Shown in pieces: positions 37,712 to 47,275 of a stretch of 64,000 bases of DNA (position 1 is its first letter; the number at the start of each line of letters is the position of its first letter). Source of the DNA: a virus. Made by a program: the position numbers and the translations under genes. The notes under the pieces were generated by a model. That model had not been told where the DNA came from, ran no database searches, and saw nothing but the letters and a program-made list of their open reading frames with translations. Location of the stretch: the IMG/VR virus record IMGVR_UViG_3300025910_000007, positions 20,484 through 84,483 of that record. The stretch is one strand, 5' to 3'.

Positions 37712-38116
37712 TCAATCAGACACGCGGTGCCAGACGCCATGCATTTTAACGCGGGTGATGCCTTCCACAGCGACGGAGCGGTAGCCATGCTTGGCCATGT
37801 CGAAGATCGTCAGCAGTCCCTTGTCGGTGGGATCGTAGGCCATACCCCGCCCGTTGACATAGGCATGGACACCGATGCGGCCGTTGTACAGCCGCAGTTC
37901 GCCAGTGGAACGCTTGATTGCTTCGACTGCGAACACTTTCCCGCCCGAACTCAGAATGAATTCCACGGCCTGCTGACGACTGACCGTAGGGCCGCAAACC
38001 GCCTGGTGGGCAGCCAGGTCGGTTGCGTTGAACAGGCCCCCACAGTGGGGGCAGGGATTGCTGAAGAGGTCCATCGGAATCGTCTCCGTTTCATGGACGT
38101 TAGCGGGCCACGTCAA
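37712..38116 (-). CDS. conserved phage protein (SH3-like fold)
   Basis: GKVFAVEAIKRSTGELR....IGV....G...YDP..KGLLTIFDM..HGYRSV. Confidence 0.6.
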   Translation of the reverse strand: MTWPANVHETETIPMDLFSNPCPHCGGLFNATDLAAHQAVCGPTVSRQQAVEFILSSGGKVFAVEAIKRSTGELRLYNGRIGVHAYVNGRGMAYDPTDKGLLTIFDMAKHGYRSVAVEGITRVKMHGVWHRVSD

Positions 38117-38600
38117 ACATTTCGTCGTCGAATGCTGTCATGCACCAGCGGCCTGACCAGATGATGCGTGCCGGGCATATTTTGCCGCCCACTTCCAGCC
38201 CAGGATGTTCCGAGATGGCGGTGATGGGGTGGGAGCCTCCCAGTGCGAAAATTACGTCGTCGATCTTGAGCGATTTGCCGCAGCGGCGGATCGGCGGTTG
38301 CGGTTTGTTGTAAGGGCTCATCATCGTTCTCCTGTGTAACGGAGGAAAGGGAAGCAATCGAGTCGGTTTGAATTCAGCGCGGTCGCGGAAGGCATTCAAA
38401 TCGCTGGTCACCTTCTTTCCACGGACGGCTTTCCTTGACGAACTGAATGTTCACAATGCGCCGCAGATTGTTCTTCGCATGCGCCGCGGTATCCCCCCAA
38501 GACACGTAGGTACGTTCAGCACCATCTGGCATCTCAACCGTGATTGTCCATCGTCGCATTGCGTTCTCCTGTTTTCGTTTCCTTCGGTGCTCCCAACGTT

Positions 38601-38632
38601 CTTAATCTTACCGTCAGGTAAGAATAAAGCAA
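38601..38632 (-). promoter_or_regulatory. conserved phage promoter/operator, copy 3
   Basis: Minus strand TTGCTT-tattcttacctgacgg-TAAGAT-taag, upstream of a run of small ORFs with CAGGAG SDs. Confidence 0.75.
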
Positions 38633-38661
38633 GCCCAAACGGTAAGAATTTCTGAAATAAT

Positions 38662-38898
38662 TTACCCCTTGTCTGGTAAGGACTTACGCGGTGGATGATA
38701 CCCTAGCGGCCGTCCCCGTTGGCGCGGGATCGCTGCAAAATGCTCAACGTCCAAGGCGGTAAAGAAGAGCATCGAACGATGGCCGATCTCCAGGCGTTCT
38801 ATGGCCCGCAGTCTCCCCGCACTAACGAACTGCCGTACCCGCTGCTTCGACACCCCCAGCATCTGCGATACCTCGCGCGTCGTCAGCAACTGGTTCAT
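38662..38898 (-). CDS. excisionase-like / HTH_17 DNA-binding protein
   Basis: LLTTREVSQMLGVSKQRVRQFVSAGRL, C-terminal RGRP. Confidence 0.75.
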   Translation of the reverse strand: MNQLLTTREVSQMLGVSKQRVRQFVSAGRLRAIERLEIGHRSMLFFTALDVEHFAAIPRQRGRPLGYHPPRKSLPDKG

Positions 38899-39040
38899 GA
38901 CTGACCCCTGAATTAAATCTAACCGGACGCATAGATTATACCCGATCAGCAAGAAGGGGTAAAGGAAACCTAGCGTCGCTCCCGCAACAACGTTAGAATA
39001 AGGTTCCAGCAAACCAACTCAGGGGAGGTCCGCACGACCA

Positions 39041-39862
39041 ATGGCCGCCAAGTCGAAGACATCCAAGGCTAAAGGGAAACGCCCGGGAAGAAAGTCAGCC
39101 AAGGCAGCCCGTCCCAGGGTACGCCCTGAGATACCTGTTACGCTGAACGAACAGGTGTCCCCGGTATCGGTCCCAACGCCGGAAGAGATTGACAATCTGT
39201 CCGATGGGGAATTATCCCCAAGACAGAACGCTTTTATCCTTCATTACCTCAATGGCGTGCCCGCTACAGAAGCGTATCAGTTAGCAGGGTTCATCACGAA
39301 GTCCTACTCAGCTGCTGCTGCTGGTGCATGCTACCTTTTAAAGTGCCCTAAGATCTATAGAGCGATCAGGGCATGGTTCGTGCAAAGGACTGAACGAGTA
39401 GAGATAGACAAGGACTATTTGATCGCAAAACTGGTGGAAAATCTGGAGCGATCAATGCGTGCCCGCCCGGTGTTTGACGCATTGGGGCACCCTACGGGTG
39501 AGTACCAGTACGAGGGCAATGTAGCCAATCAATCGGCCAAGTTGATCGCGCAGATGCTGGGGATGATTCAACTCAACGTCAATCATCGCGGCAAGGTCGA
39601 CGTAGATCATAGCGGTCAGGTCGGCCACGCCCACCTGCACGCCCACGTAGAAATGAACGGCAAGAAGGTGCTGTTGAAGGATCTGACCCCGGAAGAACGG
39701 CTGACGTTCTGGAACCTGGCCAAGCGCCTGCAAGCAGAAAAGAACGGGGATACTGAACCGATTACCGTTCCTGCTCTACCAGCACCGGAAATCGCCCCAT
39801 CTTCTTCAACGCAGCAGGAGTCCCCTCATGCCGCGTCGCAAACGTCTGAAACCTCTTCCTGA
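39041..39862 (+). CDS. terS: terminase small subunit
   Basis: LSPRQNAFILHYL.G..ATEAY..AG.....A...A..LL..PKI...I; first gene after the strand switch. Confidence 0.75.
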   Translation: MAAKSKTSKAKGKRPGRKSAKAARPRVRPEIPVTLNEQVSPVSVPTPEEIDNLSDGELSPRQNAFILHYLNGVPATEAYQLAGFITKSYSAAAAGACYLLKCPKIYRAIRAWFVQRTERVEIDKDYLIAKLVENLERSMRARPVFDALGHPTGEYQYEGNVANQSAKLIAQMLGMIQLNVNHRGKVDVDHSGQVGHAHLHAHVEMNGKKVLLKDLTPEERLTFWNLAKRLQAEKNGDTEPITVPALPAPEIAPSSSTQQESPHAASQTSETSS

Positions 39863-40069
39863 ACACCCCCTCATTCCCGCCGTCCGTTTAGCCATTGATG
39901 CCCTGTTACGCAAACGCGGTTTCTGCCTGTTACGTCGGCCCAAACAGGGAGAACCGATCTGGCAGCGGGCAGGGATACTTTACCGCCAAAGTGCAGCCGT
40001 TCTGACGTTGGACCCGCACGACGTCGAGGATGCGGCCTATCTGGAAACGTTGCGGGCGGAGGGTTATGA

Positions 40070-40564
40070 ATGAACGCCATCAAAAGTCAGCTGCATCTAC
40101 GCTGGATGATCCGCCGGGATATGCCGGAAGTGCTTCAAATCGAACAGGCATCTGAGACGGCCCCGTGGACGGAAGAGACATTTCTGCATACCTTACGCGG
40201 CCGCAACTGTATCAGCTTCGTCACCGAGATGAATGGCAAGGTCGTCGCATTCATGGTCTATGAGTTGAGCGAGCACCACCTCGAAATCCTGCGTGGCATA
40301 GCGGTACATCCATCCCAGCGCCGGCAGGGCATCGGTGCTGTGATGATTGCGAAACTGGCCAGCAAGCTCTCCGCTCATCGACGGACGCGCATCATCACCA
40401 CGGTACACGAGACGGATTTGCCGCGGCAGATGTTCTATCGTTCGCAGGGCTTCAAGGCGGTTCGGCTGCTGCGTGGGTACTTTGGCGAAGCGGATGGCTA
40501 CGTGCTGGAGCGGTGTGATTACCCGGACGAATATTGGCGTGGGGTAGCGGAGGTGCTGGAATGA
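40070..40564 (+). CDS. RimI-like GNAT acetyltransferase (planctomycete type)
   Basis: HLRWMIRRDMPEVLQIE, AVHPSQRRQGIG, FYRSQGF. Confidence 0.85.
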   Translation: MNAIKSQLHLRWMIRRDMPEVLQIEQASETAPWTEETFLHTLRGRNCISFVTEMNGKVVAFMVYELSEHHLEILRGIAVHPSQRRQGIGAVMIAKLASKLSAHRRTRIITTVHETDLPRQMFYRSQGFKAVRLLRGYFGEADGYVLERCDYPDEYWRGVAEVLE

Positions 40565-41071
40565 ATGACGTGGCAATGTCAGTAACCAGTGGCATCGATC
40601 TGGAAGAGGCTGGTGCGAACGTCAGCAAGATCGTGGCCGACAAGGTTAATGCCATGTGTGGTGAGTTGACGAAGAAGATGGGCGTGGGCTGGATTATGGA
40701 CGCCATGACGCAGGTGCCGCTGAATGTACTGGGGGCGTCGGTATTGCTCATCACTATCGTCGGCAGGAAGGTGAATTGATGAACGACAAGGTCTACATCG
40801 TACAGGGCGAAACGGGCGAATACGATGATGCACAGAACTGGTACGTCGCTGTTTATTTGGACAAGAAAGCCGCCGATCATGCCTGTCGGGAATTGAATGA
40901 TTGGTGCGTCCGCAATAGGGTGGGCGATGACTGTCATGAGCGGGATTCACTGTCATACGCCGAGCGGCAGAAGCTGCAATGCCCGTTCGATCCCAACTGG
41001 CGGGCCAGTGCCTACGGGATGAGCTATGCGGTGGTCGAAGTACCGTTGCGGGGGTAGGCGGGCGGACGATA

Positions 41072-41225
41072 TTTAGTTTGTTTAATGGTTGTTTACCATT
41101 AAACAAACTAAAGGATAGGATTCATTAGTTAGTTTAATGTAGCGGCAACATTAAACTAACTAAATCTGCCCTTGTCATTAAACAAACTAAAGGATAGGAT
41201 TCATTAGTTAGTTTAATGTAGCGGC
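41072..41225. repeat. AT-rich nested inverted/direct repeat structure upstream of the ParB-like gene
   Basis: 18-bp perfect IR 41072-41089/41095-41112; 16-bp perfect IR 41125-41140/41148-41163; exact 50-bp direct repeat 41097-41146/41176-41225. Confidence 0.9.
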
Positions 41226-41282
41226 TGCGTCGGATTGGCTTCTGGCGGCGGCCGACGGTACTCCTACAATGAAAGGATCGCA

Positions 41283-42116
41283 ATGGGCAGCACTACGCAG
41301 AAGAAGAACAAGCCCGCACCGTTTCGCATTGATTTGGAAGACGTCATCGAAGATGAATACTTGCAGCAGCGGGCCAAGCTGTCGGAGGTTACGATTGCGG
41401 AATACACCGAGATGCTCCAGGCCGACAAGGAATTCGACTTCCCGCCGGTTACGGTGTACTGTGATCCGTCTGACGCCACATGGTTGGTCAATGGGTTTCA
41501 TCGCCTGCACGCCTACCGAAATGCGGAGCGTCGCAACATGCCAGTAAAGATCATCAAGGGGACGAAGCGTGAGGCATGGCTGTATTCTTTGTCAGCCAAT
41601 GCCAAGAACGGGCTACGTCGTACCAACGCGGACAAGCACAAGGCCGTCTACTCAGCTTTGGAAGATGAGGAGTTGTGGGGCTGGACGGATACGCGCATCG
41701 CCGAATTGTGCGGGGTCAGCTCGTCTTTCGTTGGGGAAGTCCGCCTGAAGGTGGCCGAAGATCATGGACGGAAGTCCCCGACTGAGCGGGAAGGCAAGGG
41801 CAAAGGTGGCGGCACGCAGAAGGTCAAGGTCGGCAATCAGGGCAGGCCGAAGGCTGCCACTTCAGCAGGATCGGTGCCAGAGCAGAACAATGGGGAATCC
41901 TCACAGATAGTAGTCAAGCTGAATTCAAGCCATTTGCAATTGATCGACAAAATGTCTGAAGGCTTTACATCGTTGAGCGCCTACATCATTACCAACGACG
42001 CCGCTCGTCAGCGGTTGGCAGTTTTGCGGAAGCTCTTCGATCGATTGGTCAAACCATTCGACAAGGCAAAGCCGGCCACTGGAACTACAGGAAAGGATGA
42101 GGAGGAATCTGAATGA
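41283..42116 (+). CDS. ParB/Srx N-terminal domain + HTH protein
   Basis: FPPVTVY...WLVNGFHRLHA, ANAKNGLRRTNADK, TDTRIAELCGVSSSFV. Confidence 0.8.
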   Translation: MGSTTQKKNKPAPFRIDLEDVIEDEYLQQRAKLSEVTIAEYTEMLQADKEFDFPPVTVYCDPSDATWLVNGFHRLHAYRNAERRNMPVKIIKGTKREAWLYSLSANAKNGLRRTNADKHKAVYSALEDEELWGWTDTRIAELCGVSSSFVGEVRLKVAEDHGRKSPTEREGKGKGGGTQKVKVGNQGRPKAATSAGSVPEQNNGESSQIVVKLNSSHLQLIDKMSEGFTSLSAYIITNDAARQRLAVLRKLFDRLVKPFDKAKPATGTTGKDEEESE

Positions 42117-44192
42117 CCACAGAACCCAACATTACCGAAGTACAAATCGCCCACGTCCAGCCGGGCGACGTCATCGTCTACCGCAGCCCTACCGCAATGT
42201 CCCCTGAAGATGTCACAGCCGTCGGGGATCGACTGGCCGAAATCTTCCCGGGTCACCAGATTGCGATACTGGATGAGGGCGGCGAACTGCAAGTCCTGCG
42301 GCCGGAGAAGGAGTAGCCGATGGGTACGTTCACGATTGAATGCCCGACACCGATTCAGGCACAATGCGGCATCAAGGCTCGTGATCTATCGCCGGGCTGG
42401 GACGGTTATGTCATGCCGTACCGTGACCGGCAGGAACAGGTAGTGGTTGGTACGCCGTCCGATGATGATACCGCATGGCTGGAAGAACTGGTGAAGGTTG
42501 AAAAACTCGTTGCGGAAGCGTTGCTTTGCGCAGGAAACATGTGCGATCATGAAACGTCACCGTTGTACGGCAAGCTGCGTCTAGCTACTACGCTATTGGG
42601 CATGCTCTGTGGTGTATGGGCAAAGAACAAGGTGGCCCATCGCAATAACTCAGTTGCGGTGAAGGCCCCTATCGAAGGAAGCCCCAAAGTAGGTTCACGC
42701 TGGTGGGATTGCAACAGTGCTGTCGTGGTCGTGCGGAGCGTTGAAGAACACTACGGCGCTACCTATGTCAATTACACCTGGCGCGATGGCCGGGTCGGTT
42801 ACACCATACTGGATCATTGGCATGAGGCCAACGGCAAGCCCAACTTCATCCCCGTCGAATGGTAAGGTTCTGTCGCTACTGTCTGGGCTGGTTCTTCGTA
42901 CTGGCAGCGGTATTCATGATCTCCCTCGCAATTCTGCGGGCCATCTATCTCTTCAGGCACTAACATGGGCCGACCTGCCAAGCCAAAACATCCCGGTTGC
43001 GTTTGTTGTGGCGCCCGCAAACGGACGAAGCAGCATTGTCGTAAATGCGCCAAGGCGTTCTCACTCAAGGTCGCATCACGGCAGCAAGTGATGATTGCAG
43101 AAGGCCGTTGCCCAACGTGCGGCGAACTGAAGACAGGGGCCAACAAACGATACTGCATTGACTGCGCCTGCAAGGTGAAGATAGCGGTCAAGGCATGGAA
43201 GGAAAGGCAGAAGGTGGGGACATGCTCGAATTCACCGTAGCCGTTCGTGGGAGTGATGGAGCCGTATTTCATCAGGACAGGACTAGAATTTCGCAATTGG
43301 TTCGTTTGGCTTATGAATCAGCCGACAAATGGCGGTACATCATTCGGCAAGTGACCGAACACCGTCGTTCCTGTCGGATACGGCTCATTGTGGGGTATAC
43401 CGGCTGTCGATACGCTCCGGTATGGAAGTATGAGGAAATGACCATCCGTGTTCGCGATGAGGAAATACCATGACACCAGAAGAACGGGCAGCAGCAATTG
43501 TGATCGGCATAAGCGTCGCTCTGCGGGATGAACGAATTGAGAAATCGCTGCAATACCTCATCGCCAGTGCTATTCGCGAAGCGGTCAAGGATCGTGACAT
43601 GGAATGGTGGCAAGCGCTGGCCTGTGTGGACAATGTGGCACCGACGCCCGAAGCGGTCAGGGCGTGGGTACTTGCGCTATCGAAGCATTTTGAGGAAGAG
43701 GCAGTTGATAAGGCCGTGGCAGCAGAACGGGAAGCATTGTTGAATGCCAGCGAATCGCGTAGTTGGCATGATGAGCTTTGCGACGTTATCATCAGCGACC
43801 GCGGCGCTCGTATAGTCAAATGGGACAAGGAACAGACGGCCTATCTATACAAGCGTTTAGGCAAAAAGCCCGAATAGCAGCAATCGTTACAGGATTGCGC
43901 AGGTCGCGTCCAATGCCCTTTTCCCGGTTTACCCCCTTGAAACGATCCCGAAGCGGTTGTACGCAATCCTGGCGCATCTGGCGGGGTATTCCATGACTGA
44001 ACCGCATTGCAGTTGTTTGGCTGCTGCCGGGGACAATCGTTCCTGCCCTGTTCATTTTCCCAACGGCCCACCACCGCTCGCGGGTCGATACTGCATTGAC
44101 TGCGACACGTTTCAGCCGGTCCCGCTTTTCGGTGGACCGTGGCCGCATACATGCCCACGTTGCGGTTGCGTCGATGCGTTCAGGGATAAGTC

Positions 44193-44552
44193 ATGACCGC
44201 TGAAGAATGCTTCATTGCTGCCATCCTGGCCAACCCTGACGCGGACGGTCCCCGGCTTCAATTCGCGGACTGGCTGGAAGAACGTGGGGACGAACGAGCG
44301 CCCAAGCTGCGGGAACCGGGGCGGCTGATGCTTTGCAGGATTCCGGCAGGTAACAGGCTGGCGTTCGACCTTGAATGGCGAATTCATGGGTATCGCAATA
44401 CCGTAGTAGCCGGACGGATCGACTTTACAGAAGAGACACAGCTCCGCTGCCCTTACAATTGCGCCAATGAGCAAGGCGAGTGGCATGGGCTGTACGTTCG
44501 GGAAGAGGGCAAGTGGACAGGTCTGAGTTGTGCTAATGCCCAGGCTATTTAG
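44193..44552 (+). CDS. TIGR02996 domain protein
   Basis: EECFIAAILANPDADGPRLQFADWLEERGDERA. Confidence 0.85.
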   Translation: MTAEECFIAAILANPDADGPRLQFADWLEERGDERAPKLREPGRLMLCRIPAGNRLAFDLEWRIHGYRNTVVAGRIDFTEETQLRCPYNCANEQGEWHGLYVREEGKWTGLSCANAQAI

Positions 44553-44687
44553 CAGTGCTATTCAGCAGTTCCGCAGTTCAGCAGAGGTGACTCATGCCTA
44601 GCGGCTGAATTGAATTTGTTAGCGTTTGGTGGGGATTTTTGGTAAACTACCGTTGGAAGTTGCCCGGTCGTCGATCCGGAGGTTGTC

Positions 44688-45225
44688 ATGTCTGAAGTCA
44701 TTCATGCCCCATCGTATCTAGTCTCGAAAAGTGGCGAAGTCATCGCCAGCAAATTCCTCGGTTGGATACGGTCTACGCAAACCAAGCTGCTCAAGGCATT
44801 CCCTACTGGCGAGCGCGCCTTTTGTCGAATCATCGACAAGATGAAATCTCGATTGCCGAAACGGTACAAGACGCGGTTGTGGTACACCCGTCAGAAGAGA
44901 TTTCTTGTCGCTCCGTCTGTTGTGTTCTTCGGTGATTTCTATTTTCGGAACATGCGGCTGCTGGTCGAAATCGACGGCAGCAGTCATTTGGGAGAGATCG
45001 CCAAGGAAAAAGGATGAGTGGCGCAGTAAGTTGATTGCTATGTGGCATGTGCGGGTCGTGCGTTTGGCGAACGAGCAGGTTTTGAATGGGGATTTTCGGG
45101 AAGTGGAAAAGTGGTTTATTGAGCAGACTGAGCGTCGCGATTTGCTGCGGAGCTATTGCGATATGCGAAATAGGTATAGCGGCATTTACGGCGTGACGGA
45201 AACGTTAACTACGTTCCGGCCGTAA
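44688..45225 (+). pseudogene. DUF559/Vsr-like PD-(D/E)xK endonuclease split by +1 in an A5 run
   Basis: FFGDFYF...LLVEIDGSSH...AKEK / 45007-45011 / DEWRSKLI...VRVVRLANEQV. Confidence 0.75.
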
Positions 45226-45845
45226 GTAGGGAAGGGGCCGGTTACGCAAAGAGGGGGAAAACGCAATGAATACTCCCCGCTGGATCACGCACTGGGAAGA
45301 AATCTGTAAAGACGATTCGTACATCGTTTGCCCCGTCAACGCCGGTACTGAAGGCCATCTCTACCTGGGTCAGCCCATCGGCATACTGAAGGGCTGGGAA
45401 GTAGTTCGCCTGATGGAACGCTGTTACGTCGCACTGGCCTGTCCGCCGCCAGACCTGACGAAGCTACTGAAGGGGAACACATAATGTCGCTCAACGAAGA
45501 CCTGACACAGATCGAAACGCAGAACAACTTCCTCGAAGGTCTGCTGAAGCAGGGGGAAGCCGCCGCGCTGGCATGGCTGCGTCCTGCTTATCTGGCGCTA
45601 GCTGCCCGCGAGGTAATCCTGCGCCGACGCATCGACGAGTTGCGCAAGGTAGCGACGCATTGGGGCAGCATGCTCTGTACCGATCCGTGGACGGTAGAAA
45701 TGGCGACGTTGCTGTATGCGTGCCGTTACTGCCACAAACCCGCTACGGAGCAGATGACGCTAAACTATGGGCAGGAGTTCGCCCATACCGCGTGTTGCGA
45801 ACAGCGGCAGCCGGTCGACGCGCCGGTAGTGGTGGAGGGAAACGA

Positions 45846-46223
45846 ATGAAGCTGACTTACGATCAGGTCGCGGCCATGCCTGCTGGACGGGACATGGACG
45901 TGCAAGTAGCCAAACTGCTGGGTTGGAGCGAGATACAGGAAGGGCCGCCGCACGTCGATATGGAATACGTTGGCTACCCCAATCCAGAACAGCCCGGCAA
46001 GTTGCAGATGCAAGTTCCGCACTACAGCATGGATGCCGGGGAAGTCATGCACGCCGTTCGCGATCTGCTTGCTCGACAGGTTCATCCTTTTCGGCGTTTT
46101 GTATTGCACGGCGAAAAAGGCAGCTGGTGGGCGTGGTTCGATTCGGTGACTGAATCTCATTATGGAATTGAACTGGCCCGCGTGATTTGTCAGGCCATTT
46201 TGTATGCCGGACAGGAGGACTAG
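45846..46223 (+). CDS. phage ABA-sandwich (BC1872-like) protein
   Basis: AGRDMDVQVAKLLGW...PHYSMD...ICQAIL. Confidence 0.65.
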   Translation: MKLTYDQVAAMPAGRDMDVQVAKLLGWSEIQEGPPHVDMEYVGYPNPEQPGKLQMQVPHYSMDAGEVMHAVRDLLARQVHPFRRFVLHGEKGSWWAWFDSVTESHYGIELARVICQAILYAGQED

Positions 46224-46819
46224 ACAACCGATGACTGCACCCGCGGACCTCGACAAACTGAACGATTCCGTCAGCCGGTTGCGCGCCTGGATTAGCAACT
46301 ACGGTGACCAGAAATCGCCCTGCTTTATCGCCGATCTGACGCATGTTCTGGACGAGCTGTGCCGGCTGCGGAAGGCGTCGATAATCACGCCTGCCCTTGA
46401 AGCGGAATTCAGATTGTTGCGGGCGCATAACGACCGTCTTCGTATCCTGCTACGTCAGGTGGAGACGTTGCCCCTGTCCGGCTACACCGAACCAGCTTGC
46501 CCGTTCTGTGCCAGTTACAGCGGACACCGGCCGGATTGTCAACTGAAAGCTGCGCTAGAGGGTAAGCCGTGAAAAAGGTCGGGAAGCGCGTTCGGCCATT
46601 CCACGTCGAATGCCCTTTCTGCGGCTTTCTGAACGTTGCGGTCACGACCTATTCGTGGTGCGGTGGGTGCTATGTCGAGTACACGCGGAACAAAAGAAGC
46701 GGTCGCGTCACTTTCGACACGGAACTAAAGACCGACCGATTCATCTGGGCAATCGCGCTTGCGAAGGCGGGTGGGATGAGGATGGGCAGTATCGCAGAAG
46801 AGGAGAAGGAGCGGAACGA

Positions 46820-47275
46820 ATGAGCGGGACAGAACTGACCCAAGAGCAAGTGCAAAAGCTATCCGCTGGGCGCGACCTTGATTTGCTGATCGCTGAAAAG
46901 GTGCTGGGCTGGCGCTGGTGGTATATCCCTCTGGCGAGAGTACGTGTATTGTATCCACCCGACGAGCAGTTGGCATGGATGACAACGCCCGCGGATGGAA
47001 CGGAGCCAATTGGCGCAGCTACGCGGTTTCTGTGGCCGCCCAAGTACAGCACTGATGTTGCTCTGGCATTCAGCGTTGTTGAGGCGATGTCATCATATGG
47101 CTGCGGTTTGGTTCTCGAAGACTGGCGCAATGAAAGCGAGCTGTATCCGTGGGCAGCATATTTCGGTTTGCCTGACGGTGGTACTAGCGCACAAGGGGTA
47201 GCGGATACCGCACCGCTGGCCATCTGCCGTGCTGCGTTGCTGGTGCCGGAACGTTTGCTGAGGAAAGGGCAATGA
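46820..47275 (+). CDS. phage ABA-sandwich (BC1872-like) protein
   Basis: AGRDLDLLIAEKVLGW...PKYSTDVALAFSVVE...TAPLAICRAAL. Confidence 0.7.
   Translation: MSGTELTQEQVQKLSAGRDLDLLIAEKVLGWRWWYIPLARVRVLYPPDEQLAWMTTPADGTEPIGAATRFLWPPKYSTDVALAFSVVEAMSSYGCGLVLEDWRNESELYPWAAYFGLPDGGTSAQGVADTAPLAICRAALLVPERLLRKGQ

Noticed and set aside
38662-39041. Integration module (integrase/att) beside the excisionase-like gene
   Set aside because: No integrase or att core is recognisable in the window, so lifestyle cannot be determined.
44551-44585. Second TIGR-like array (GCAGTT repeats)
   Set aside because: Only two or three irregular short copies, with no 18/36-nt periodicity.
44688-45225. Programmed frameshift in the DUF559-like nuclease
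   Set aside because: One extra A in an A5 run with no clear stimulatory structure; a decayed gene or an assembly indel is more likely.
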